DNA of 64,000 nt from positions 372,001-436,000 of the forward strand of contig NIVC01000197.1 of NCBI GenBank assembly GCA_002269645.1. Direction: 5' to 3'. Source of the stretch: Macrostomum lignano (Eukaryota). A program made the position numbers and the translations under genes. The notes beneath the pieces were generated by a model. The model was given only the letters and a program-made list of their open reading frames with translations, had not been told where the DNA came from and searched no databases. Positions 50,675 through 63,204 of the stretch are shown piece by piece. How positions within the stretch are numbered: position 1 is the first letter of the stretch; every line of letters begins with the position of its first letter.

Positions 50675-50830
50675 GCGCAACCTTGGGATTCACCCGGCCG
50701 CTTCCACCGGCAACACACACATGTATGTCGCTATTGGACAGAATAGTAGTCACGTGACTGCTCTCAGCCAATAGCGACTTACATGTCTGCGTTGCCAATA
50801 GAAACGGCCGGGTGATTCCCAAGGTTGCGC
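50675..50830. mobile_element. 156-bp palindromic mini-element (MITE-like)
   Basis: 26-bp TIR GCGCAACCTTGGGA(T/A)TCACCCGGCCG, further internal paired blocks, centre AGTCACGTGACT; no TSD found. Confidence 0.65.
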
Positions 50831-51007
50831 ACGTATGAGTATAACAATATAATAATCAAGATACGAGTAAGAAGTCTTTGAAGTCTAGGAATATTTACCC
50901 TAGTGGTTTTTATGAACTAGATATTTTAGCATTATCAATTTAACTGGACAAATAACAAATTGTCTATTTGTCCGGTATTAACCGGATAAATAAGAAAGCA
51001 TGGTCAG

Positions 51008-52711
51008 GATGGCAACCAATCAAAAGGGCGACAGATCAAAAGGGCGACAGTTAAAATGGCGACAGTTAAAAGGGCGACAGTCAAAAGGGCGACAGTCAAA
51101 AGGGCAACAGTCAAAAGGGTGACAGTCAAAAGGGCAACAGGGTATTAGACCAAGAACTACTTAAGTGGAGGGACAGGAAACCTTGTTTCTTAGAAAATCT
51201 TAGAATCTTAGCAATAACAATTTTTGTGCTGACAATTTGTACTTGTATATTAGGATGGGATTCTAATATTTAATGTACACTCATACATTGTACATTGAAA
51301 CATAGATCAGTGGGGTTTATTTATTTCATTCACTGAAATCACTATACCATATGGCTCATTCCATATAAGCATGGTCGTAACATGACAGGCTATTTTTACT
51401 TATAAAATGAAATATAATAATAGAATATACTAAACCAATATTTTAAATGAAAGATAATTTTGTCAAAAATATTTTTATAGAGTTTCATGTAGATATCATC
51501 ATTAGTATAGATGCTATAAAACCTTGAATGGCACTTATGGTCGTAACAACAGGATTTTTGACATATAGAAACTAAAAGGTAAAAGTCTTATAACATTTTT
51601 ATTTTTGATATTTTGCAATACATTTTTTAAAATTTGACTAAGAACATCTTTAGTAATCATACTCTTTTTGTAGAATATATAAACTCAAAAAGGCAACAAA
51701 GATACAAAAGAAAAGGCAGCCTTATGGTCGTAACATTATGGTTGTAACATATTTTTTTCTGTCAATTCAGTAACTTTGAGGTACTAATATATTAAAAATA
51801 TAATAGATTATTTGGTCACCAATACTTTTATCTGATGATGCAAGTACTATACTTTTATCTATAGTTTGTTTCAACCTTCCAAAGCTTTCTATTTGTTTTT
51901 AAAAGGTACACAAACTTAATGATGTCTTTTGCTTAGAAAAATGTCTAAATTTTTACAAAAATGACTTTTTGCCACTTGATAGCATACTAATCTAACATTT
52001 TATCATTCATTTATTCTTAGATTGTAGATATTATACATAAAAAACATTTGGTAAAAAAATTGGCTGATAAGGCAATGGCAAGCAAAAATATTGACTTTTT
52101 TCTATTTTCCAAAAATGTCCATCTTATATGGAATGAGCCATATAAGTGCTGAGTGTGGTTGCCACGCCTGAATTTAAAAAGCTGCTCTTTTACAATTACT
52201 GTCTTAAGTTTTTTGTTGGCACCAAACTAGGACTGTGAAATTCTATTTCACAGAAATAGATTTTTTTCACAGAAATTATTTCACAGAAAAGGTGCAGCTC
52301 CTCTCCCAAGGAGTAATGCGCCACGTACAGTGCAACAGATACCAAAGTATGCAGGCCCAGTACTTCAAATACTGGAGAGAATTCAGGCGTGGCAACCGCT
52401 CAGTGGATGATCTAATAGTGAAATAAATGGACCTCACTGAACCACATTTTAACATTTAATAGTGTGTCCAATACGTGTCCAGCTTTTATACAACCCCATT
52501 TTAACTGCTCGTACAATTTTAACAATGCATTTTAACAAATACAAGTATGATACATGTTTACTGCTTTTAACAAATACTTTTAATGTATGTGGAACTTGTA
52601 TTTTCAATATAAATACACTGTAACTGTCGCCCTTTTGACTGTCGCCCTTTTGACTGTCGCCTTTTTAACTGTCGCACTTTTGATCTGTCGCCCTTTTGAC
52701 CTGTCGCCGTC
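51008..52711. mobile_element. Foldback element with modular TIRs of 15-bp repeats (CAAAAGGGCGACAGT)
   Basis: About 8 units at 51020-51140 and about 6 inverted units at 52620-52708; no TSD found. Confidence 0.7.
51353..52139. mobile_element. MITE, 787 bp, TIR GGCTCATTCCATATAAG, flanked by ATAT
   Basis: 17-bp perfect TIR; ATAT on both sides; internal repeated (T)ATGGTCGTAACA; superfamily uncertain. Confidence 0.8.
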
Positions 52712-55700
52712 AAGATCTAGTAACCAGAAAAATAACCACATTGCTATTCGTCCAGTCACTGGACAAATAAAAACTGCCTTATATATTTTGTGAACTCATT
52801 TCTAATTGGTAGGCCCTAGTAATTAGGAAAATATATGCTATAAATAATTTAATTGTATTACATTATAATCATTTCCTTTGGCTTTGGCTTTAGCTTTTAT
52901 TGTAGCCTGACCTAGGGGCCTATAGATATTTATCCACTAGGCCTATATATAGCAAGTAACCTAGCAACAAAATAAATACTTTGTTGCATATTTATCCTAA
53001 ATTTTTGCATAGCTAGCATTACCACTAGCAATGGTTTCTTGATAAATTGATAGTGATAGATTTATAGATGTAATGATAGAGAATAAATTGGCATAAACAC
53101 TGAAAAAGATTAAGTTTTTGTACTATAGGTAATTATGATTGATTAAATAATAATTAATATAATAATAGCTATTATGTTGCTAATTAATGGTAGTAAGAGA
53201 GTAGATAGAATAGAAATTCAATGTTGTGGCCATCTTGGTATGTGGCTATCTTGGTCTTATACCCCTTCATCTTCATGGAAGCTTAGATAAATGTTCTAGA
53301 TTTTTGTTGGCCCTAAAATGGTAGCTACAGAAAAAAATTAGACATTTGGACCTTGCAGATTAGGTAGGCCCAATTGCCTATTATATATATATATAAATGA
53401 CACTTAAGTACATTTTTTTAAAATAAGCAAATCTTCATGTATATCTAAATAAAAAAATAAAAAACTAAATCAATTTATAAAGTGAAAATATTAACCAAAT
53501 GACTTGTCAAAATGCAAAGCATATATTAATTTTGTAAAAAAAGCTTTTTTGTTGCATAACAGAATAAAATAAATAAGAATAGGTAGCCTTGGTTGCATAA
53601 ATGTTATTCTACTTTGCAAATATTTATTCTAGCTTGAGTGGAAATACTAGAGATAAGCCCTACTCTAGGCTTAAGAATACAAGCCTAGGCTTAAAGTGTA
53701 ACTTCTAGCCAACCTAGCCAATCTGGCCACTATAAATTGTGGTAGACTAGGGATAAGTTACAAGTGCCCACCTAAAAGAATATAAACATAGTAATAATTA
53801 GCTGATAAGACATTTAGTCTCAATAAGACATTCATAATTACTCATGCAGTTTACCTAAAATTCCTTTAATTTTTACTTTTGGGTTTCTTTCATATGTAAG
53901 TCACATTTTTGGTCAAAAAGTAAGTTGCATAGCCAGTGTAAATCAAGTAGTTGCACATGTATACTTAGGAAGTTAGGGCCTATATATATCCCTATATATA
54001 AACATAAACAATATGAATAAAAACAAATTAAAATATAACTTATTACTAAAAAGTAAAATTTCAACTTTTTTTAAATATTAAAATTAATAAAAGTTTTATA
54101 TAACATCAAGTATTTTAGCCTAACCTTGAAAAAAACTTAGTAATCTTTATAATCGTTTTATATCTTCTATCTATAATAAAGATCATGTCCACTATACCAA
54201 AACATTTTTTGGAAAATATTGTATGCCATATGCCAGGAAAGAGTTTGGCCTTTGTGCTAAAAAAATGATATGCTATGCTTTAAAAATTGCCTAGCCTGCA
54301 CTAAGCTACATTGCAACATGAACTATGCTATCTATATTGCATGTACCAAGGTTTTAATATAAGGCTTTTATATCAAAGTATACCAAAATTTTCTAAGTAA
54401 TAAGGCCTTAGAAGAAGAGCAATAGCAATATCTTTTGAAAAACTTTGATTTAAAAAAGCCAATTTTATTTTAAAGTAAAACACTAAGGCTTATACCTTTA
54501 AATTCATATGAAAAAAATCACTTTTAGTTTTTAAAAATGTATAACAACTTTTTTACTCATCTAATTTCTATGTTTTCTAAATAAATATATATCATTTTTA
54601 GTTTTTTTATCCTTCAACTATTATATGAGAGCTCATAAGAAAAAATCTAGTATAGCTAGAATAACCAAAACCTTTGTAAAATCTCATAGAAAAGATAGCT
54701 TTAGGCCCAAAATAAATAGGAAAACTACAGGAAAACACATTAGCAATTTTTCCTATAATTATTTATTATCTAATATTTTTCCTCTTACAAAAAGCATAAT
54801 TTAGCATATTAAAATATGTTTCCTAACTAGGATAATAAAACTATCTTGTTAAAAAGTAATAACAGTAAGAATTTTTGGAAGAAATAAAAAATCAAATATA
54901 AAAAAATGGTTAGAAATTGAAAAGATTTTTTAAACTAAAAACAATAGTTTAAGTTTTAATGGCTTTGTATGTTATAATGACTTTTTATGCTAGAACTTTC
55001 CTTTTTTTGTTTAATTTAAAAAAATTTAAAGCCTTTCTTTTTGTATGTCATAGTTTTTTTAATAAGCCATTTCTATGAAAAAGAAGACATTTTGTTATAA
55101 TCCTAATGAAAGCCAGACTATATATTTATGATGTTTGTCTCTGTAAAATGTATTTTCCTCTTTCTAGTTTGTACTTGCTTTGTATTCTATCTAATTATAT
55201 TGCAAAGGTAATCATTCACAAAAAGCCTTTTTATTTGAAGTTGCCTTTAACTATAGAAATTGTTTCTACATTTCTAGCAATAGATTATATATTAGTTCTA
55301 CTTAAATTTCACAATTAATAAGTCTTAAAATCCCAAAAACCTAATAATTATAAAACTACTGATACTTCAAATGAAATATGAATCACAATAAATACAATAT
55401 GTAACTTATTTAAATATTATCCTGTTTAGAAAAAAACGTGGTGCTAATTTGGCAGGGTCCAAACTCAGGATGCTAGAATTAAAGTTGATTTCTCACGATA
55501 TTTAGTAGGATATGAATGCCTAAAAAATTACACAAACAATTTTAAGCATAAATTGGCTATGGGAATTGGCAAGGTCTTGTCAAGAACAGACAAAAATTAA
55601 CAAATTAATATCAAGTAAGACACCCTTACCTCTTGCATTGTGATTAAGATAGTTTATACCCTAATGGAACCAAAATGCTTTATTCTTATAGCATCTTGTG

Positions 55701-55893
55701 CAGGGCAGGAAATCAATTGGCAAACTTATTTGCCAATTGATTTCTGTCTGGACAACTGCTGAAAGAGCAAGCATGGGATGCTCACTTCTGTACTTTCATT
55801 TTCACTTTTGCTCACTACACAGATATTGTTATAATTCTATTTGATAGTTACTTTTGTTCCTAATTATTTAGCACCGTCTCTGTGAATTTTCTG

Positions 55894-56853
55894 ATGCCGC
55901 TTCCGCCACCCCCGCCGCCTCCTCCGCCTCCGCCGCCGTCATCGTCTGGGCCTCCGGCCCCGCCTGCGGCAGGCAAGAAGGCCACAGGCAATCGCGGCGC
56001 CCTGCTAGGCGACATCCGTAGCGGCGCCCGGCTGCGCAAAGTGCCCGACAGCCAGAAGCGGGACAGAAGCGAGGCCCAACTGGGCGACAGCAAGTCCGCC
56101 CCGCCACTCTGCAGCTCCAGCAACAACCGCCGAACGTCGGTCTCGTCAGCTTCTACTGACACTTCCAGCGGCGGCTCTGGTGGCTCCACAGGCGGCGCCG
56201 GCGTCGGGGTCCCCATAGGCGGCGGCAGCGTCGGTTCGCTGTTCCAGCAGGAGTTGGCCAACAAGTTTGCCAGCAGGGCCTCTAACGGCGCTCTGCCGGC
56301 GCAGAACGGCGCCAGACTGTCGTCCACCAAGCTGCCGCCCCCGCCGCCGCCGACGTCGCAACCAACGCAGGCGCAGAGACAGCAGGCGCCGATGCGTCCA
56401 GCTGACCGCGGCGCCGCGCCGCCTCCGCCGCCGCAGAGCAAGAAGCCCGCATTGAGTCCGGCTAAATCGCAGCAGCCATCCCGACCGCCGCCACCTCCGC
56501 CGCCGCCGTCGCAGCACTCCAGCCGACGCTCAGCACCCGAGCCGCCAGCCGTGCCCGCCCGCAGCCGCCCGGTCAGCACCGGCGGCGGATATGCGCCGCC
56601 TCCGCCCCCGACCCCTGCGTCCTCGGCGCCATCCCGGCAGCCGCCGCCTCCGCCGCCTCCGTCTCGGCCACCAACTGGTCGCTCGGTCACGGCGCCTGCG
56701 CCGCCTAAATCGCGCTCGTCCGCCCCACCTGCGCTGGCCGACTTCGAGACCCGATTCAAGTTCAGGCCGCCCAGCTCGCTGCCGCCGCCGAAGAAGTTCA
56801 CCGGTACTGAGAAGTTCAAAGCCAGCGTGCCGCTGCCCCGGCACAGTCACTGA
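55894..56853 (+). CDS. WIPF: WASP-interacting protein / verprolin family, single coding exon, 319 aa
   Basis: N-terminal poly-Pro plus WH2 RGALLGDIRSGARLRKV...DRS; Pro-rich middle; C-terminal WASP-binding-like DFETRFKFRPPSSLPPP. Confidence 0.9.
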   Translation: MPLPPPPPPPPPPPPSSSGPPAPPAAGKKATGNRGALLGDIRSGARLRKVPDSQKRDRSEAQLGDSKSAPPLCSSSNNRRTSVSSASTDTSSGGSGGSTGGAGVGVPIGGGSVGSLFQQELANKFASRASNGALPAQNGARLSSTKLPPPPPPTSQPTQAQRQQAPMRPADRGAAPPPPPQSKKPALSPAKSQQPSRPPPPPPPPSQHSSRRSAPEPPAVPARSRPVSTGGGYAPPPPPTPASSAPSRQPPPPPPPSRPPTGRSVTAPAPPKSRSSAPPALADFETRFKFRPPSSLPPPKKFTGTEKFKASVPLPRHSH

Positions 56854-57294
56854 ATCCTCAGCTATCGTTTTTAATTCCCCGCATATTCTAGCGTCTCCCT
56901 AGTCTGTTGCTGCGCCTTCAAGCCAAAAAAGCTGGAGCGACGTCTTGGTTTTCAGCTGCAAGATTATTTTTTGAAATGCGCTATTTTTCTACGAATAACA
57001 ACTAGAACAGAAAATCCAGTCTCGCACAAGTCTCGAATATGCCGGGCAGTCTGGTCTTCCTGAGTGTTTTTAATAATCTTGACAATATTTCTGTTTCCAA
57101 ATTTGTCTGGAGCGAATTGCAAGTCTGGGACCAGGTTTGAGCTGACATTTTTAACACAACCTGTGCATCTCCGTTTTGCCTTGCGGGCTATCATTTTGTC
57201 GTGCAATGACGCGCTTCTGTCTTACTACCAAATCCAGCTCTGCCTTTGCTGCCGCCACTGTAAACTGGCTTCTGGTCTGTCATTGCAGCTCTCT

Positions 57295-57405
57295 TCTCTG
57301 TCTATCTCTCTAATACCCCTCTCTCTGACCTCTCTCTGACTCTCCTGATGTCTCCTAGCTGACTCTCTGTCTCTCTGTCTCTCTCTCTGTCTCTCTCTCT
57401 GTCTC

Positions 57406-57496
<91 letters not shown>

Positions 57497-57595
57497 CTCT
57501 CCTCTTGACTCTCCCCGCTTACTCTCATGTCTCACTCTCTCTCTCCTTTCCTTCTCTCTCTGTCTGTCTTCTGACTCTGTCTGTCTTTCTCTCTA
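57295..57595. repeat. (CT)n / (CTGT) microsatellite
   Basis: Directly visible. Confidence 0.95.
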
Positions 57596-58530
57596 ACCCT
57601 GTCTCCTCTTTACAGTTTTCGATATCCCACTCTTTTTTTCGCTCTTCCCACCAATGAAATCAGAAAGCCTCATATTTACACCTGTTTCATATTTAATATT
57701 CGAGTGTCTCAAAAGCGTCTCCCCAGACTCAGTCGCAGGGTCAAGGCAGCTTTCTGTTTGTTGCAGTTGATCCCCATGAGCACAGCTCAGACCATTTACT
57801 GAGGCAAATTGAATTGCGCAGATTCCATATAAAATCAATTCGTCTATATCTATGCATTGCTCTTCTGAATAGTCAACTGCAGCATGACACAAACTCTCCC
57901 ATTTACCCCGAGTGGCACCCGCCTGCACACATTCCTGCGTCCTTCATTTCAGTTATCAGATTTATTGTCTTCAGTGACCAATTGTATAATTAGCCTGGTC
58001 TGTCATTAACACGTGTGCATGGCAATTATTTATATATTAATTTTCTAAACCGCGTGCACAGAGACCGCCAGCTTTGTTCTTTTTATATAGGATTTGGATT
58101 GCTAGCACAAATCTATACAATGTATGTCTTTTGAGTTGTAAAAATTCACTGAAGAGCGAATATATCTATTGCATATATTATAAAACTAACCTATATAATC
58201 GCTCATTTCTGTTGCCAATCTAAGCTAAACTGTCTCGTTGTTTAATAAGTCTCATTAATTATTTTAATTGCTTATTAAGCAATTGAAACAAGTCAAGATG
58301 CATAGACAGGTTACAGTGTATTATCAATGTTATCAGTATTGCAATTGTTTTCAATTGAGGCTGCACTTCAGATGTACTCTACAGTGCCACATTAACCGTC
58401 TAGCCGATGCGTACAGTATATCATGTATATTGCTGGATATGTCAAATTTCGAGCAGATTAGCATGGGGAGTTCGCATCAAAGCCGTGCGAAGTTGCAGTT
58501 CACCACAAGAGCCACTCAAATGCTGGGCCG

Positions 58531-59490
58531 TCACTTGACGGGCCGGATGGCGTCCAGCACGGCGCAGATGTCGCCCTCTTTGGCCAGCAGCAGCCGGGTC
58601 AGCCAGCCTCCGTCATCGCTGAAGCCCATGGCCTGCATGTGCTCCAGCGCTCGAGCCACTCGAGGGTCCGGCGTCTCCCCGCTGTTGTCATGGCGACCGG
58701 CGGCAACGGCCGCGGCCTCCTCCGGCCGCTCGTCAGTCGCCATCGCCTCGGCGGAGGTGGCGGCGGGCGGAGGCGGTGGAGGCGGAGCGGCCTGCTGGGA
58801 GGTGGCAGCGGTGGCGGCTCCTTCAAAGGCGGCGGTGGCGGCGGACGGAGGCGGTGGTGGCGGAGCGTCCTGCTGGGAGGTGGCAGCGGTGTCGGCTCCT
58901 TCGAAGGCGGCGGTGGCGGCTCCTTCGAAGTCGGCGGCAGCGGCTGCAGCGGCCTCGGCAGCCTTGGCGAAGAAGTCACGGAACCGCGGGCCGCCCCATC
59001 GTCCCCGGCCGCAGGGACCGCGGCGGAAGCAGCGAGCTGCCGGGAGGTCGTCAGGCCGCCTGATGAGGAGCATGGGATGCTGGCTGTGGCTGCCGCCTGT
59101 CATGCAGGCCGAGCAGAGGTCAAAGTCGGGGCACAGGAGGCACTTGAACCGCTGGCCCGTCACGCCGGACTCGCAGCCATCGCACATGACGCCCTCGTGG
59201 ACGACCGTCGGGTCGCCGACGCTGACAAAGACTTTGACAGCGTCGCCGGAGCCGCCGTCCCGTCTGGCGGCGAGGCTGCGGACGGCCTCCTGCAGCTCGC
59301 CATTGGTTGTCATGGTGACCCTGTCACCCTCCTCATCCTGCCAGCGAAGCCGCAGCTGCTGCGTTGGCGCGATGGAGAAGACGGCCTGCAGCTGCTCCAC
59401 CAGGCTGGCGTAGGTGGCCTGGCCCGCCAGGCTGAGGCGCCGGATCTCGTTGCCATAGTAACACTTGAACGGTACGACCGATGAGGCCAT
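58531..59490 (-). CDS. SQSTM1: Sequestosome-1 / p62 (Ref(2)P-like), single exon, 319 aa
   Basis: PB1 (FKCY...EIRR...WQDEEGDRVT), ZZ (HEGVMCDGC...RFKCLLCPDFDLCSAC...HSQHPML), UBA (DPRVARALEHMQAMGFSDDGGWLTRLL...GDICAVLDAI). Confidence 0.94.
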   Translation of the reverse strand: MASSVVPFKCYYGNEIRRLSLAGQATYASLVEQLQAVFSIAPTQQLRLRWQDEEGDRVTMTTNGELQEAVRSLAARRDGGSGDAVKVFVSVGDPTVVHEGVMCDGCESGVTGQRFKCLLCPDFDLCSACMTGGSHSQHPMLLIRRPDDLPAARCFRRGPCGRGRWGGPRFRDFFAKAAEAAAAAAADFEGAATAAFEGADTAATSQQDAPPPPPPSAATAAFEGAATAATSQQAAPPPPPPPAATSAEAMATDERPEEAAAVAAGRHDNSGETPDPRVARALEHMQAMGFSDDGGWLTRLLLAKEGDICAVLDAIRPVK

Positions 59491-60051
59491 GATTAGCTTG
59501 TCTGGTCTGAAGCTGGGGACTCTTGGATGCCTTCTCAAAGTCTCAGCTGAGGCTGAAGTGAGCTGACTTGTCTGCGGCTTTTGCTGCGGCTTTTTATGCT
59601 GCTGGCCGGGCCGCCACGATTTCGCTGCGCATCGGCCACGAATTGCAGCGTCGGCGCTACGTTTGCCCCGGGCTTTCCTTTTGGGGATTCCCTGATGCTA
59701 TTTTTAGACATTGCGTGCGGCCTGGGTATAGGGAGACGGAAACGTAGTGCGGACGTATTGTTCTGAAGTGTACAGCTTTTAAGGGACTGTTAATTGTAGT
59801 TTTTTTTCGAGTTCTGTTATTGACATCTCATACGTTGTTTCGACGTATTCTTACTGTCAGTTTTACCCGGCCTTTGTTCCTTCTTAGTGAGCTTATAGAT
59901 ACTATCTTTGGCAATATGAGTATATGTATCAATATTTGTATTATTGAAACACTGTAATTTTTCAAGCGTTAATTGCTCTATTTAGTCTATAATTAGGAAG
60001 CAATTGATTTTCCTAATGAGCTTAAATCTCTTACGAGCTATAGACAAAATG

Positions 60052-60899
<848 letters not shown>

Positions 60900-60923
60900 C
60901 TGGCGGGGTTCAACAAATGATGA

Positions 60924-61262
60924 TTCACTTGAGTGGGTGCCATTTCACTTGAGTGGGTGCCATTTCACTTGAGTGGGTGCCATTTCACTTGAGTGGGTGC
61001 CATTTCACTTGAGTGGGTGCCATTTCACTTGAGTGGGTGCCATTTCACTTGAGTGGGTGCCATTTCACTTGAGTGGGTGCCATTTCACTTGAGTGGGTGC
61101 CATTTCACTTGAGTGGGTGCCATTTCACTTGAGTGGGTGCCATTTCACTTGAGTGGGTGCCATTTCACTTGAGTGGGTGCCATTTCACTTGAGTGGGTGC
61201 CATTTCACTTGAGTGGGTGCCATTTCACTTGAGTGGGTGCCATTTCACTTGAGTGGGCGCCA
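60924..61262. repeat. Intronic minisatellite, 20-bp unit CATTTCACTTGAGTGGGTGC, about 17 near-perfect copies
   Basis: Directly visible. Confidence 0.98.
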
Positions 61263-61275
61263 CCAGCGGTTTTAC

Positions 61276-61655
61276 CTTGGATTCCGGCCAACTGGCACAA
61301 GCAGAAGCCGGATATGGTGTACTCCTCGTTGCCAAGGTCGGGCACCAGCACTGTCCGTGCGGACTCGCCGTCCTCCGCTGGCCCGGCCACCGCCCACACT
61401 CGCTGGTTGTTGACGTCGCGCACTATTGCGGCAACCCCAGGTTCGCCTTCCCCTCTACTCGACCCTGGCCAGAACTGGAGGCTGTAGGGCGGCCCTGGAA
61501 AGTGCAGGACAGCGCACGGCCGGAACTCTAAGTGAGGAGCGCCCTGGCGACTGCAGAGGCGCCGGCGCAGCGCTGCCAGGCTGAGGCGGCTGGGTTCGGA
61601 AGAGCTGAGAGCCGGCTGCCAGAGGCTGACGAGGTTGGCTAAGGCGGCCAGCGAC
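61276..61655 (-). CDS. RING gene exon 2
   Basis: cccag|RSLAALANLV (typical post-RING helix), open GC-rich frame, donor G|gtaaaa. Confidence 0.8.
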
Positions 61656-61671
61656 CTGGGGTGGGTGCGAT

Positions 61672-61987
<316 letters not shown>

Positions 61988-61999
61988 ACACGTACTTAC

Positions 62000-62265
62000 C
62001 TGTATGGCGCGCTACCCGAGCAGGGTGAGCGGCACACCGGGCAGCGAATCTGTATCGCAGTGGCAGTCGCTGATGAAGCCGCCATCGGCTCCCAGTTGCC
62101 AGGCAAGCAGGTCCGGCAGACGGTGTGCCGGCAGGGCTCCAGCGACAGCGGATCTTGGCAGGCCCGGCCGCAGGCGGGACAGTCAAGCAGGCTGCGCATC
62201 TCCGCCAGCAGCTGCGTGGATGCCTCAGTCGGTAGGTTGAAAATTGCTTCACTCATTATTTGCAT
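62000..62265 (-). CDS. RING gene exon 1 (C3HC4 RING)
   Basis: CPAC...PCRHTVCRTC...CPVC; donor AG|gtaagt; acceptor ttcag immediately before the ATG. Confidence 0.88.
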
Positions 62266-62810
62266 CTGAAGTGAGTAGCGTAGTAAGGAAATTGTAATTA
62301 TCTATATATGTCAGTATGAGATGTACAGGTGCAGTAAGATGGTTTAGTATAAACAAGCGAATGTAAATTGGGGCTACACGCAATCTGTGAAATCGTACTT
62401 GTAAAGTGCACGATGTACTTACTTTTCGGAATGAATTTCTTCCTTCCTGGCAGGTATTTACTAGTAAAGCCTTTCTTAAGTCCTATTACGACTGGAAAAA
62501 GTTGTTTTACAATTTCATTTCTTTTTTTCAAAGAATTGTTGTTAATCGTCATCCAACGGTGTAGAATTTTGTAGCTGTTCCAGTGTTCCACGCTTTTTCA
62601 CGCGGTCCCGATAAGATAAAGCCCGAACATTAGGGTATGTACGCCACGCACAAAACCTTGAATCAGTTTTACTGCACTCTCGACCAATTGCCCACATTAT
62701 ATTATATTGTGCACTATCGGCGGTGCTCTAGATTCTGTGTAAGCTCAAGTATGGCACAGTCTAAGACAAAGGCAAAAATGAAACAGAGTTGAGGCATTCC
62801 AAGTCGCAAA

Positions 62811-63204
62811 TCCTGGTCTCTTTGGACCATAGACAGAAGCGTGTCTTTCTATCTTGCGTCGGTCCTGGTCTCTTTGGACCATAGACAGAAGCTTATCTTT
62901 CTATCTTGTGTCGGTCCTGGTCTCTTTGGACCATAGACAGAAGCTTATCTTTCTATCTTGCGTCGGTCCTGGTCTCTTTGGACCATAGACAGAAGCTTAT
63001 CTTTCTATCTTGTGTCGGTCCTGGTCTCTTTGGACCATAGACAGAAGCTTATCTTTCTATCTTGCGTCGGTCCTGGTCTCTTTGGGCCATAGACAGAAGC
63101 TTATCTTTCTATCTTGTGTCGGTCCTGGTCTCTTTGGACCATAGACAGAAGCTTATCTTTCTATCTTGTGTCGGTCCTGGTCTCTTTGGACCATAGACAG
63201 AAGC
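62811..63204. repeat. Minisatellite, 52-bp unit, about 7.5 copies
   Basis: GGTCCTGGTCTCTTTGGACCATAGACAGAAGCTTATCTTTCTATCTTG(T/C)GTC repeated. Confidence 0.96.

Larger units (their letters stand above)
50441..52778. mobile_element. Mutator/MULE-like non-autonomous foldback element, 2.3 kb
   Basis: Imperfect TIR GGCAGTT.TTATTTGTC..GT.AC..GAC.AATAGC; 9-bp TSD TTATATATT (50432-50440, 52779-52787). Confidence 0.8.

Noticed and set aside
55860-56850. 319-aa antisense ORF over WIP (and similar antisense ORFs over p62)
   Set aside because: Shadow ORFs from GC-rich Pro/Ala codon usage.
57593-57928. 111-aa minus-strand ORF between WIP and p62
   Set aside because: Composition unlike the GC-rich exons and no recognisable motif; probably chance or 3' UTR.
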